Assembly (NCBI RefSeq): GCF_006345805.1
Contig: NC_043000.1
Span: forward strand, 106,826,001 to 106,890,000
Direction: 5' to 3'
DNA from: Octopus sinensis
Taxonomy: Eukaryota
DNA length: 64,000 nucleotides
Part shown: piece by piece, positions 42,555 to 56,535 of the stretch
How the letters are laid out: each line of letters starts with the position of its first letter
How positions within the stretch are numbered: the first letter of the stretch is position 1
The notes under the pieces: model-generated
Told to the model about the DNA's origin: nothing
Seen by the model: only the letters and a program-made list of their open reading frames with translations
Database searches by the model: none
Translations under genes and position numbers: made by a program

Positions 42555-42684
42555 TTTGTTGGTTATGGCCGCTCAGAGAGGTTTTATATTCCTCCGACCA
42601 GCAAGTCTGATGAGTCACCTATACCACTGAGAACTTTATAGGTGTGGAATCAATGGTCACTCTCTGACCGGCCGTAACCAACAA
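42555..42684 (+). mobile_element. Small hairpin element enclosing a degenerate hammerhead
   Basis: Arms ttgttggttatggccgctcagagag / ctctctgaccggccgtaaccaacaa; inside AGT CTGATGA GTCACCTATA...TATAGGTGTG GAAT CAATG GTC ACT. Confidence 0.6.
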
Positions 42685-44324
42685 CCTTATATAATATATA
42701 TATATATATATATATATTATATAATATATATATTATTTATACATACTCGCGCGCATATACACATTCGTGTGCGTGCGTGTGTTTATGTATGTATGTATAT
42801 GCATATACACATCTATGCGTGAGTGTATAAAGAGAGAGAGTGACGAATAAAACAAAATGTTTCATGTCATTTATCCCATCTACATTTTCTCTCAATTCAC
42901 TGCTTCGTTATTTGTTCACTAAATGCTAATGCAAAGTTGAACATATAAAATAGCGATAAAAGAAATTACATATATGAGTAGAATATACGTGCCTATGATA
43001 AGATAAAAACATTTTTAAAAAAAATCAAATGCGCAAAAGAGTAATTCCAATTCTTGTTTCAATAAAGCCGAACAAAAGAAGGCGACAGAATACCAAAAAA
43101 CAAAACAATGCATATATGCAAATTGAGTTTGGTCTTTCAGACAATGAGTTAGAGTCAAGTAAACTAAAATAGATTTCCAGTTATTAGATGATAGAAGCTG
43201 GGAATATTAGTCTAGTGTGAAATTAAGGAAATGTCTAATGACATCACTGTAGGCATTATACAGTCACAAAATTACTTTGGAATCAGAAATTGGACTGGTA
43301 ATTGAAATATACATATATATACGCGCGTGTGTGTGTGTGTGTCTGTAACATACATATATATGTAGGTATATGTGTATGAATATATGTATATATAGATAGA
43401 GAGATAGATTGATAGATAGATAGATAACATACATATGTCTATATATGTATATATATTGTCCATTTGACGAACGCCTCCTTGCTGTGAAAAGTGAAAATTA
43501 AAATAATAGAAAAATGTTGAACTGTCTATGTCTGTTACTCTCTCACTCTTCTCTCTTTTCTTTCTCTTTCTCTCTCCCTCTCTCTTCTCTTTCTCTCTCT
43601 CTACTCTCTCTCTCTCTCCTTGTCTAGTATGTATGTATGTAAGCACGTATGTATTCGTGCTTATATGTATGTATGCCTACATGCATGTATTTATGTATAT
43701 GTGTACTTATGTTCATATTTATGTTTGTATGAATACAAATATTTATGTAAGTATGTGCGCATATATCTATGTACGCACATATGTATGTACTTACCTCATA
43801 CATATATACATACATGAATACAGTTAAGTTCGTTATTCTTTTCTGCTATTTCTTTAAATGATGATGATTTTTTTTTACGAATTATCTTCTTTACGAACTT
43901 GAAACTAAACTTTAACAGCGAATCAAGACATGTTTAATATATTATGTATTTATTCAATAATGGTCCAATTACATATTTATTTCAACGTGACAGATCTCGT
44001 CAGTGCAATTTTAAATGTATAGGCGAGTTATATTTGTGAAGTTAAAGAAATCAGATAACTCGAAAATGTTAATGTAGTTTCAAAGTTTCGGAAAGGTAAT
44101 AATCACAGATATACACATACACGCACACGTACATAACCACACACACGCAAAGACGTGTAAGAGCGGGCATGGCTTAAAGGTTGAGAATTTCGATTAGTAA
44201 ACACAAGGTTTCAGGTTCAATTTGTGCGCGAGTATCTTCTACTATAACCCCCGACTGACTAAGGCCCTGTGAATGAATTTGGTAAACGGAAACTAAGTGG
44301 AAGTAAGCTAGAAATATATGTAAG

Positions 44325-44369
<45 letters not shown>

Positions 44370-44383
44370 CATAATAATAATAA

Positions 44384-44697
44384 ATATTAGGGAATAAATC
44401 CAAATTTACAGGGTAAAAATCAGATTTTAGATTTAATCCAATTTTATAGTAAAATATTATATTATATTATATTAGAGACAAAACCACTATTATGCAAATC
44501 AAACAAAGAAAGACTTAAGCCAATACATAAAATAATTTATATAAATTAAAATTTAACAATTATAAATAACCACTACGATCGTTTCGTGTCAGCACATCTT
44601 TGAGACATTCTTCAGGTGGTTTCAAAACCTTCTTGGCGAGTTTTAAACTATGAACTCTTTGTTTGATTTGCATAATAGTGGTTTTGTCTCTAATATA

Positions 44698-44706
<9 letters not shown>
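44384..44706 (-). mobile_element. PLE pLTR-like family A with partial inverted duplication, in (TA)n
   Basis: Homologous to about 11456-11730 and 60385-60625; about 44455-44508 is mirrored at about 44657-44706. Confidence 0.8.
44568..44621 (-). ncRNA. Intact minimal hammerhead ribozyme
   Basis: AACCAC CTGAAGA ATGTC-TCAAAGATGTGCT-GACAC GAAAC GATC GTA GTGGTT: 6-bp stem I, GUA site, palindromic GATC loop. Confidence 0.85.
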
Positions 44707-44745
<39 letters not shown>

Positions 44746-44920
44746 TATATATATTATATATATATATATCCAAATCCAAAATTAGGGAATGGAGTATATA
44801 AAATCCTGGTTACACATGTTTCATAGCGAGCAGTACTTCGGAAGTAGGATTATCCAAACAAGAAATAATCCGTTAACTACTGGTCGGACCAAGGATACAT
44901 ACATACATATATATGTGTGT

Positions 44921-44977
<57 letters not shown>

Positions 44978-44995
44978 ATATATATAATATATATA

Positions 44996-45026
<31 letters not shown>

Positions 45027-45145
45027 TAAAATACAAAATGGGACAAGAACGCAAATCATCCAGACAACTAGGTCATACAAAAAGGGACAACAAAACATCC
45101 AGATTCGAAGCCTTTTATCCCCAGACAAGAATCAGATCATCCTTA

Positions 45146-45765
45146 GGCGCTTTGTGTGACCTTATGACAAATAAGAATTTTACTTCTGTAGCTACCTAAT
45201 GCTATTTAAGACCTGCAACTACCTATATTATTGTTGTTGTTATTATCAACTATTTCTATTTAGCGCAGATAATAATAACAGTAATAATATCTATATATGA
45301 ATATTCACTTCTAAATATTTACTCCTTATCAGTATTTTTGCACTGAAGCTGTTCTGATTATCGCGCAAAACAATTCAGAACACCCGTAGACTTCAACGTG
45401 ATGAGTTGAAAGTTTTTTCAGTTGGTAAAACTTGCTGATGAAGGTTGAGGCTTTTATCCAAAACTAGAAATCATAATTCAAGTATATCCAAATACCAAAA
45501 TATTTAGCATTGAGCTGTCTTTGGTATCTCAAAATTATTTAACCCGATCGCAAGTCTACTGTTGTTTTTCTGTTGAATTTTTCAGTGTTGTTGGTGGTTT
45601 AACTGAGGGTTCTAATTCATCCGTCTAGCAGGTAGGCGCCTTGTGTGACCTTATGACCAATATAAGTTTTAATTCTATGGCTATCTAATGCTATTAAAGG
45701 CTTGCAACCACCTATATTATTGTTATTGTTATCAACTATTTATATTTACCGCAGATAATAATAAC

Positions 45766-45780
<15 letters not shown>
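45146..45780 (+). mobile_element. Partial tandem (direct repeats of about 145 bp, period about 489 bp) enclosing a hammerhead motif
   Basis: About 45146-45290 matches 45635-45780; HHR at 45430-45483: ACTTG CTGATGA AGGTT...AACTA GAAA T CATA ATT CAAGT. Confidence 0.65.
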
Positions 45781-45801
<21 letters not shown>

Positions 45802-45802
<1 letters not shown>

Positions 45803-46272
45803 TATAAAAGATGGGCTACAGCAAATATTCTGCTCAATACCACAGATTTGCTTGTCAGTTGTTTGACCTTAACCAGTTGAGCATGTCCCTTAGTGGCTGA
45901 CGATATGTGCATCTCTGATCATGAGCAGAAGTAGTGGGGGAGCATCATAGCCATGTGTTGAGAGGGATTCTTTGGGGTTTGAATAATTCGCCTCTGGAAA
46001 CATGGGTGTTTCGTTCAACGTCCTTGGACAGCCCTTATTCAGGGACCTTTTGAGCGGGATGGGTTACTCGATCTGAAGAAAATTCTAACTGGGCTCCACC
46101 TGCAAGGTCATGTGCTGTTTATCTTGATATGAGATCACCATGTCGCGCACATATGGTTGTGATGCATGTGCCTGGTGTGCCCTTATCGGACGGGTAGTCA
46201 TGATGGGTATACTGGGCTTCGTATATTTTACCCCAGTGTCACTTTGATGGCATGCTCTGCTCGCTCACTCAA
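45802..46272 (+). mobile_element. (TAA)n-associated repeat, copy 2
   Basis: Flanked on both sides by (AAT)n. Confidence 0.85.
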
Positions 46273-46320
46273 TAATAATAATAATATCTATATAAATATT
46301 CATTACTGAATATATTTATG

Positions 46321-46362
<42 letters not shown>

Positions 46363-46408
46363 ATGTATGCATGTATGTATGTATGTATGTATGTATGTAT
46401 GTATGTAT

Positions 46409-46790
46409 GTGGCTGTGTGGTAAGAAGATTGCTTCCCAATCATATAGTAGTTGGTTCAGTCCCACTGCGTGGCACCTTGAGTAAGTGTCCTACTAAAACC
46501 TCAAGTCGACCAAAGTCTTGTGAGTGAATTTTGTAGACGGAAACTGAACGAATGCATATATATATATTTATATTTATGCATGTATATGTGTGTGTCTGTG
46601 TTTGTCCTCCCACCATCACTTGACAACCAATGTCGGTGTGTTTACGTCCCCATAACTTAGCGGTTTGGCACAATAAGTACTAGGCTTTCAATGAATATGT
46701 CGTGGGATTGATTTGTTCGATCGACTAAAGGCGATGCTCCAGCCTGGCCGAAGTCAAATGACTGAAACTAGTAAAAGAATAAAACAATAC
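46409..46790 (+). mobile_element. SINE family S2
   Basis: Colinear with 18762-19150. Confidence 0.8.
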
Positions 46791-46872
46791 GAATATGCAC
46801 GCGCGCGCGAATAAGCACTAAGTACAAAACAAGTCGGAAAAAAGTAGTACTCGAATACCGGAGGTAGAGTGA

Positions 46873-47061
46873 TATGCCTTTTTTTATATTATTATTAAAC
46901 CTGCAATGACATCGCAAAAATCTGCTACGCAAAGCTTCTCGTTCCCGTTCGTCGGGCAGTTGTGATCAAGATTCACAACTGCCCGACGAACGGGAACGAG
47001 AAACTCTGAGTAGCAGTATTTTGTGATGTTCTTGCAGCTTTCATAATAATAAAAAAGCATT
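46873..47061. mobile_element. Fold-back element with a hammerhead motif in each arm
   Basis: Arms of about 90 bp around loop tcaagat; + arm 46978-47017 ACTGC CCGACGA ACG-GGAA-CGA GAAAC TCTGA GTA GCAGT. Confidence 0.8.
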
Positions 47062-47121
47062 ATATATATATATATATATTATATATAATATATGTGTGTG
47101 TGTTTGATTATATGTTTGTAT

Positions 47122-47159
<38 letters not shown>

Positions 47160-48777
47160 TATATGTCTTGTGTTTGTTCTCCATCATTTGACAATCGGTA
47201 TTGATTTGTTTATGTCTCTGTGACCGATATACGTACCAGATTTATAAGAAAAAAAAACAACAAAACGAGTACTGGAGTCATTGTAGATTTACTAAAACCT
47301 ATTACAACTGTACTCCAACATCGTTGCAGTGCAATGACTGAAACAAGTAAAAAAAAAAAAGAATAAAATAATAAGAATATAGCCTATAAATATATTAGAT
47401 AGATTTGTAATTTAGATAGAAATTTAATTTCCTATGCACTGCAACGGGCTTTATTTACTTGATTATGTAATTACTAACTTAATCAATTCACCTGATCAAC
47501 TTTGATAAATAAGATACGAAAATTATTTGCCGCTCTATCTTTATGAACAATTGTCCTGACCGTTATGTCAAAAGTATATGAGAACTTGAATGTATCCATA
47601 TATTTAAAGATACGTAGAAATACTAGAAAAAATTGCAATAAAACCAGCAACTCAATTAGAAGGAAAAAGATAAACATATTTACTTCTAGAAAACCAATAA
47701 AATTCACGGTCTGTGAAGGAGTCGTCTAAAGTTGTTTTAAAAAAGAACGTTTAAGACTACTGTGACAGTTTCAACGCTTGTATTATTTTTAAACTGTCTT
47801 ATCTGTACTACTTACCAGAGTTGCATCGGACGATGTAACAACAGTTTTATGTAAATAAAAAAAATCCCTGAAATTGGAGGAGTTTTCCTAAGAATAACGA
47901 AGTAAGCTGACACGCATTCCACCCAAAACTAATAAATTCGTAGTACAATGAAGTTTTGTAAGATATTTCAAAGTTTCAGCGTTTCAGTTTTCTGAGATGA
48001 ATATGTACACACTATCATTTGAGCATACGGTATGCGAACATATACACAAGTACACATATACATACATAAAAAGCGAACATACTCTCGTGCAGAGAGGAGA
48101 CATATGCATCCTGGTATTTATTATCGGTATTTTCATATAGCCCACACATTCCATAAGATATCCTGTTACTTATTTGAGTTGATAAATCTAACGGCTTGTA
48201 CCGGAAGCTTTACAATCTCGGGAAATTACTTTTTTGGAATCTCCAGTTCAGTAAAGACACTGCATCTGTTAATATCACCTACGCAACATTTTAAAATAGG
48301 TTTCACTACACGCAAGCGATTTTCACATTTGCGTTATTTTTCATGCTAACTAATTTTCCCATTTTCTCTTTGCATTTAAAAAAAGATCTCAAACACATAG
48401 CATATACCATCACTTACATTATAACGCTCCGGGGGACTGACTGAGTTACCGCTAACTGCAAGCAACTGGTCTTGCTTATACTCTTGTATATGGAAATATA
48501 CGTTTATTACTCTGAAGTCGATTAACTCGCACTCAAATGTTTACAAGTCCTTGAAATTGCTTTGACAGATATGAAGAACACTTCTCATATCATCTTTAAT
48601 TCTGCGACGAAGGATTTTAATAAATTTCAATGAAAATATACATACATACATACATTATATATGTGCGTCTGTGTAAGTGGGTCTATCTATGAATATTTAT
48701 GTATTTATATCTATACACGTATATATCTGTATATATTTATAAGTATAGATATATATGTGCGCGCGCGTGTGTATATG

Positions 48778-49240
48778 CAGGGTGCGGTGAATATATTGTC
48801 GTCTAAATTACGCAAAAATGAAAATAGCACTGATATCTCATTTTAACGGATATATTTAACAAAATTACATAAAAATATCTTGAAATACTAAAGAGTAAAT
48901 TTATTCAACAAAGTCACTATTGGCTTCAACCACGGCCTCCAGACGACTTCGCGATCTCCTGCAACTCTTCTGGACAGTTTTCTTGTTTAAGTTGATGAAT
49001 GTTGCCATAATCCTTGCCTTCAATTCGTGTTTGGTGTTACAAGGAGTTTTGTTTGTCTCTTGTTCAACTGCACCCCCGCACATAATAATCGAAGGGATTG
49101 CAGCCTGGAGAGTTAGGTGGCCAGATGTTAGGGGTGATGTGGTCGCAGAAATTGTCTGACAGCCATGACTGGGTTCTCCTGCTTGTGTGGCATGGTACAA
49201 AATCATGTTGCCAGACACAGGGTCTTCCAGCAGCCACCCT
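48778..49240 (-). mobile_element. DD37D (maT-like) transposon 3' fragment
   Basis: WQHD-37 residues-D (…IWPPNSPGCNPFDYYV), then AVEQETNKTPCNTK...RLEAVVEANSDFVE*; putative TIR cagggtg at 48778. Confidence 0.8.
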
Positions 49241-49459
49241 TTTGACTCAGAGCATATACACACACAGGTATATAGAAACACGTCAACTCTGTACTTACAA
49301 GCATACACTCACAAGACTACTCAGACACACATGCAGTCACAGAACAATAAACAGCACATGAGCAAAAGCCCGCACACCTGTCCATGGGCATATAGCAATG
49401 TCTGAAATGACAGCATGGTGTTCACTGTTCAATGTAGATTATGGCAGTTCTGAGATGTG

Positions 49460-49870
49460 TTTACAGGTTGGTAATATTTCATGGCATGTTAACAACGTGC
49501 AATCCGTTCAGTTAATTTATTAATGACTTTTTCCCCAGTAAGCAAGATTGATAGGGATTCTTCAGAGCACCATCCACAGGTCCAAGAATGTGTGTTGTAA
49601 GGTTTTGCATATTTTATAATTGACCATGAAATATCATATTTAATCCTGTCGGTTTTCAATTGGCATAGAAAATCCGCCAGTGATGTAACGTGTCTCTTGT
49701 TCCGTTTTCTAAAGCTAGAAGCATGATTTCTATATCGATTCTTGATAAAATCAGCCGTGACACTAACATGCACATAAGGGCCTCCCCTCGTGTGCACAGT
49801 GCATTTATAGACGATGTTACACGTCCTGCAAAGATTATCCAATGAGCAATTAAATAGGTGCAGGAGCTCG
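49460..49870 (-). pseudogene. Penelope-like GIY-YIG endonuclease remnant (Naiad-like)
   Basis: CSLDNLC..NIVYKCTV...KNRYRNHASSF...TSLA...LK...ISWSII..AKPY...CGWCSEE...NKLTE.IARC*H; YIG motif decayed and TAA within the terminal CxH. Confidence 0.75.
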
Positions 49871-49958
49871 TCTGTTTGACTGCGCGTCTGTCTAACTCTT
49901 TAAATCTCTAAATACAGAGAAGTTCATAAGTAAAGCTCCCAGCTTAAAACCTTATTAT

Positions 49959-50054
49959 CCTACCTGAGGAGTCTTCTATGCATCTGGTGAGTTGCATCTG
50001 GTGTTATTGCATTGTTTCACGCCCACAAGGAAGCAGTGTATCTTGAAGATGAAA
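49959..50054 (+). ncRNA. Hammerhead motif interrupted by (TA)n
   Basis: CCTAC CTGAGGA GTCTTC...GAAGAT GAAA, then a TA run, then TAGG. Confidence 0.45.
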
Positions 50055-50057
50055 GAC

Positions 50058-50088
<31 letters not shown>

Positions 50089-50138
50089 CATAGGCAAATA
50101 AATATATTATATATATGTATGTATGCATACAGAGAAAG

Positions 50139-50171
<33 letters not shown>

Positions 50172-50519
50172 ATTGCATAAGTTTTGTACACCGCAGGATA
50201 CCCTTCATCAGCTGCTGTCCAGGGGTCGCAATGGTTTTGTTACCGTCCGACAGGATTGCTCCCTTCAATAATGCCGAGCAGACTTGATGCTACCAGAGAA
50301 TGTCTGGATGGTTCTGGCTTATATGGCAATACGCTTCTCTTCGTACGTTACCCATATGACCACCATACGAAACAACCGGATTCAATTATTACCACTTCAA
50401 CTATAAAGCACTCATTTTGCTTTGCTACATGCTAAGGATTAATTCTATACTCACAGCTTTGGTTTATCCCTTATACACCTTGCTATGACATGCGTACACA
50501 TACACACATGCATGCACAC

Positions 50520-50550
<31 letters not shown>

Positions 50551-51394
50551 TGTATGTATGTATGTATGTATGTACGTATGTATGTATGTATGTATAATGT
50601 AAGTTTTTCATTTGCGGAATCAACAAAATGACAAGCCTCTTTTGTTTAAGTCAAGACAGCTCCTGTGGTTATCTAAACTGTTTATGTATGTGCGTCCGGA
50701 TAAACTTTTACTCATGTAAGGGGTGTGCGTGACACGTCAGTACAAAAGTACACGTCATTATAGTTTATATGTGTGCGTATATGTGTATTCTGTATATAGG
50801 TACATGTGAGATTGTGTACACATATTCGCCCAGGAGCCTCAAATGGAAAACAATCATTGAAATGTTTTACAAACCTTCACTGGGCCCCAGTTTGATTGTA
50901 TTTGGAGAATACAAAGCATCGGGTTTTTTTACCCCTTTATTTGAAAAAACCAAGCACTTCTAAGTTTCAATGCAGATCTGTTGTGAAGTAGTCCAGTGCA
51001 TCGATGACAGTAGTCATAAAGAATGCCTGTTGTCTGGACATAAGGTTTTTAAGTTTTTCGCTAGTTCTCCACTGATGTTCACACTTTCCCCAATTTTCGA
51101 CGAGACTTTAATATCCACCGGATGTGTTTGTATGAATGAATGTATGAATGTATTTATGTATGTGAGTAAGAATTCGGGGGGAATATACTCCGCAACTGGT
51201 ACTTCTTCAACTCTCAAGCTGAACTCAGCAATAATGCAATAATGATGATGAAGAGCGTTCTCCCTCTTCCTCATCATCATCCTCTTCACCCTCCTTTTCC
51301 TCTTTATCCTCCTCTTCTTCATCCCCCGTATCTTCACCCTCCTTATCATCGTCACTATCAACAACAACAGCAACATCGAATAATGCGTAATATA

Positions 51395-51605
51395 GGTTTC
51401 AAATATTGGTACAAGGTCAGCGGTTTTGGGGGAGGTTCCAAGTCGATTAGATCGACTCCAGTACTCAGTTGGTACTTATTTTATCGACCCCGAAAGGATG
51501 ACAGGCAAAGTCAAACCTCGGCAGAATTTGAACTCTGAACGTAAAGACAGACGTAATGCTGCTGGGCATCTTACCCGGCGTGCTAACACATCTTCCAGCA
51601 TACCG
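51395..51605 (-). mobile_element. SINE family S1, diverged
   Basis: tggtacttattttatcgaccccgaaaggatga.aggcaaagtc.acctcggcagaatttgaactc. Confidence 0.75.
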
Positions 51606-51791
51606 TCTTGAACAATGCAAAATATCAATAGAAAACATCCGCATAAGAGTTTATGGATGGGATATTTTATTAATATCGTATTTAAGTGTACATGTGTACG
51701 TTATTTACACGTATACGAATATATATATATATGTGTGTGTGTGTATCTATATATAAATATATTAATATATACACATACATACATACATACA

Positions 51792-51822
<31 letters not shown>

Positions 51823-52015
51823 GCACATACATAACATAAATTTATTCAAATACACATATCTTTTTGCTGTCTCTTATTGGCAACAAAATGCTATGAAATG
51901 TTTCTAAGTTGAGGTAAATCTTTATGAATAAACGTCATTAATAATTTAAGACGAATAAAATCAAAGACAAATGAAAACATGTTTCTTCCTCCCATTTAAT
52001 AAGTAAAACAATCAG

Positions 52016-52069
<54 letters not shown>

Positions 52070-52147
52070 TCATCCATTTATATAAACGTACATACACTAT
52101 GCATACGTACATACACACATGTGTAAAGAACGCAATATCATAAGAAC

Positions 52148-52183
<36 letters not shown>

Positions 52184-52367
52184 TATATATATGAATGAAG
52201 AGTATATACATTACAAGCAACATCAGAAAATTAGTTTGAAAAATAGCGTTGTAAGTAAATAAAAGATATTATGATAGTTCGTAGTGCATGAGGGTAGACA
52301 AATAGAGATGGAAACGAGTCGATAGAGAAGATAGAGAGTGGGGTAGTGGAGGAGAATAAAAGAAAAA

Positions 52368-52400
<33 letters not shown>

Positions 52401-52539
52401 GAAGGGAAAGAGAATGAGAGGAAGTAGAAGATACTAGTAATATATAGATTGAAGAAGGTAGAGAGAAACTAACTCAAATCTTGCGTGTGTAAGCGTATAT
52501 GTGCGTGTGCCTGTGTGTGTGCGCGTGCTTTTGTATATG

Positions 52540-53070
<531 letters not shown>

Positions 53071-53655
53071 ACCATATGTTCTGTAATCTTGCTAGGGCAC
53101 TGTCCTCAAGTATTTTAGCCAACCATATCAACTGTAGTACATAATTTAGCTCGGAACTTGTTTTATCTCAGGCTGTTTGTCGAATCGCAAGATAACTGGA
53201 CATGAGATTATACAATATTAAAGACACTAGTATTTAGACCAGTGTAAATTTAAACAGAAACCCTCTAAATGACGATGAAGCCTATGTCACCGTTTCAACA
53301 GCTGTTAATTTTCGTGATGTTAGACTCGCTCAAACTCTCCCTAGGAACGAACAAGTTGGGCTTTGCTGGTTTAGCTGCAAAAGGTCCGGCGGCTATTAAG
53401 TGGACTGCACTTACATGTTATCACGGACATACGTCACAAAACTATCCGTATTTCGGTTGTAATGGTGAGTGAGACGACGGATCGTTTTACTAGTTCATTC
53501 AGGAAATTGCAAGTTCTACATTTGTTTTTATAAACTACACATGCCTGGTGATCTGACAAATACCTTGTGAGCGAACGTTTGTGTTATTTATGAGGTGTTG
53601 TATATTTTGTGCATTGTGGACCTCGTGGGATGGAGGAAACGTTGTAGATGTCGAT

Positions 53656-53725
<70 letters not shown>

Positions 53726-53899
53726 ATATATATATATGTGTGTATGTGTGTATGTGTGTGTGTGGTGTGTATATGTATATGTATGTATGTATATATGTGT
53801 GTGTAGATATGTATACAGATGTATATGTATATGTATATATGTGTATGTGTGTATAAGTGAATGTGAATAGGTATGTGCATACATTAATACACTCATACA

Positions 53900-54112
53900 A
53901 AGGCAGTGAGCAAGCAGAATCGTTAGCATGCCGGGCAAAATACTTAGCGGCATTTCGTCCGTCTTTATGTCCTGAGTTCCAATTCTGTTGAGGTCGACTT
54001 TGCTTTTCATCATTTCGGAGTTGATAAAATAAATACCAATCATGTACTGGGGTCGATGCAATCGATTTACCCCTCCCGACAATTTCAGGTCTTATGCCGA
54101 TAGTAGAAAGGA
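53900..54112 (+). mobile_element. SINE family S1, diverged
   Basis: ggcagtgagcaagcagaatcgttagcatgccgggc...gaggtcgactttgcttttcatc. Confidence 0.75.
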
Positions 54113-55276
54113 TTAATACACTCATACATAAATCTACATATACAAAATGAAGGATGTGTGTGCGCGCGCGCGTGTGTGTGTGTGCATGTGTGTGTAAACC
54201 CGTAGAACTTCTGAAGTTCGCAACTGATTTTCTTCAAACTGAGAACATAATGTTCCAGAGATCGTTTTAGACTCTTAAAATTTTTCACTTAATGAGCAAG
54301 GGGGCACCTGGGAGCAGAAAATACCCCTTTCCTGGCGTACGTGCAACTGCCCGCATGGTCCAGACATTGCTTCTGTTCAACTGGAAAAAATAGCTACTGA
54401 AATGATATAAGTAGGTTGTATCAAATGGATGAACCGATGTAGATTTCAAACTGCGCTGTCTAAGTGATAGCAATAATTGCCTCTTCCCGTAGTACTACAG
54501 ATAGCAATTTGTTGGAATAATAACCATTTGGAACACACTATGTTTATTATGAAAAATATGCTAAAATATGTTAAATTCTGAGCAACTATTCAACTATTCT
54601 CTTTTAGCGTCAGTATAAAAGTCTTCTTTTTAAGCATAGACGACGCCCATATAAATATTCTTCAGCTATTGGTTACAAACCGAAATATGACACATACTGA
54701 TTTATGCTGTCTAAAACCCAACCACGTTAGTTAGAGACCGTATCCTTAATGTGACCTTGCATGCCCGGACGCTGCATGCAGAACTGTTTTCGTTTTGGAG
54801 CTGAATTGTCCTCACAATGGTCGCACGCTGTTTACGCGAAGGAGTGCACGGTGGAGCCACGGTTATTGATTTCAAACCGAAATATTGCATGACAGCAAAA
54901 TATTGCAAGCGCTTCCTTGCCTATCCACCACCCCTTTATCATGTCATTTCTTTCAAGTAGATTTCTCTCATATGGTGCTACTCAAGCGCACCCAGTGGCT
55001 TAATTTATCACATAGATGTAGTTCCTATATTTGCTGATTGTTCAGCGTGGTTGCGACAGTTGGAGCTGCCGCAAAGGAGAGTATATCTACTGAGAGATTT
55101 TGGTGCGTTCAAAAAGCACATACCCCCACCCACTATTCCATGACAGGTTAGGGCCTGGCATGTCACTTAGTCGAATTACCCCTTCATTTACTCTACAAAT
55201 ATTTTGTCGTCAATGCTGCACTTTCCCGTACCACATATTTCTACTTTACTGTACCATATATATATATAATATATAT

Positions 55277-55319
<43 letters not shown>

Positions 55320-55713
55320 AACTATGCCATTTAAATCTCGAGCAACGCCGGGTATGTCTACTAGTAATTAATAAATGTAGGTATACTCACAAGCACACAC
55401 ATAAACGCACACATGCACATGTACATACATACACATGCATATACGCAACCATGGATACTCTCTCACATATGCACATTTACATATTATTGTATGTTTCTAG
55501 AAGCTGTATGTAGTAGTAGTAGTAGTATTAGTAGTAGTAGTAGTGCAATAATAATGATAGCAATAATCTAATCTGCAATAGTCACAATAGGCCCGACATT
55601 TTGGGACAGGAGGTAGTCGAACACATCGACTCCAGTGTTAAACTGGTGGTTTCTTTATTGATCTAGAAAGGATGAAAGGCAAAGTCGACCACGGCAGAAT
55701 TTTAACGCAGAAC

Positions 55714-55762
<49 letters not shown>

Positions 55763-55775
55763 TGATGATGATGAT

Positions 55776-56535
55776 GAATTATATGCAAAAGATGACAAGG
55801 ATCTGAAAGGGCTACTAGCGACTGTGAAGCAGAAGGATTTATCCTAGCGGCACGAGGTCAGACTCTCCTCATCCGGAACTATGTCACACACAATGAGGTA
55901 GACGAAGTGTAGATTCTGAAATGACAAATTTGAGAGTACTGACCACATTATTGCCAGTTGCTCAGTCCTACCCCTACAGAATATAAGACCAGGCATGATC
56001 GAGTTGGCCAATACTTGCACTGGAGTGTATACCGTCACTATGATATCCCGTACCCTAAGAACTGGTATGAACATCGTCCAGAGCCAGTCACTGAGGGAGA
56101 GAATGTTACCATCTTATGGGATTGTGGGATACATACAGACGTGCAAATAAATGTTAACAGACCAGACATCGTCATCAAAGATCTAAGACAAAAACATGCC
56201 TGTTAATTGATATGACAGTGCCTACTTATTGAAACATTTCACCAAAGGAATTTGAAAAACCTTCAAAATATAAGGACCTTGAGATTGAGATATCTAAGAT
56301 ATGGTAATTAAAAACCAACACCATCCGTTACTGTAGGTGCCCTGAGAATGATCAAGAAAGTTAGCGACAAATTTTTTGACCCGATCGCAAAAACCAACAA
56401 CTTATGTGATTAAAAAAAATGTGTTGACATCAACCACCCAGATTCTTAGGAAGTTTCTCTTCATCTAATAAATACGTGCCTTAAGTCTCTGCAGAGACCC
56501 GGTCTGAAGATGAAATAAATTGCAAATTAATCGGA
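55776..56535 (+). mobile_element. R4/Dong-type non-LTR retrotransposon remnant (CCHC plus restriction-like endonuclease)
   Basis: EAEGFILAA..Q, KCRF...DHIIASC, RHDRVGQYLHW, ILWD..IHTD....NRPDIVIKD, KYKDLEIEI; short RT piece LYAKDDKDLKGLL; sits after (TAA)n(TGA)n. Confidence 0.85.

Noticed and set aside
50700-51010. Possible mariner transposase remnant
   Set aside because: Similarity is too weak to support; the same applies to about 54300-55200.
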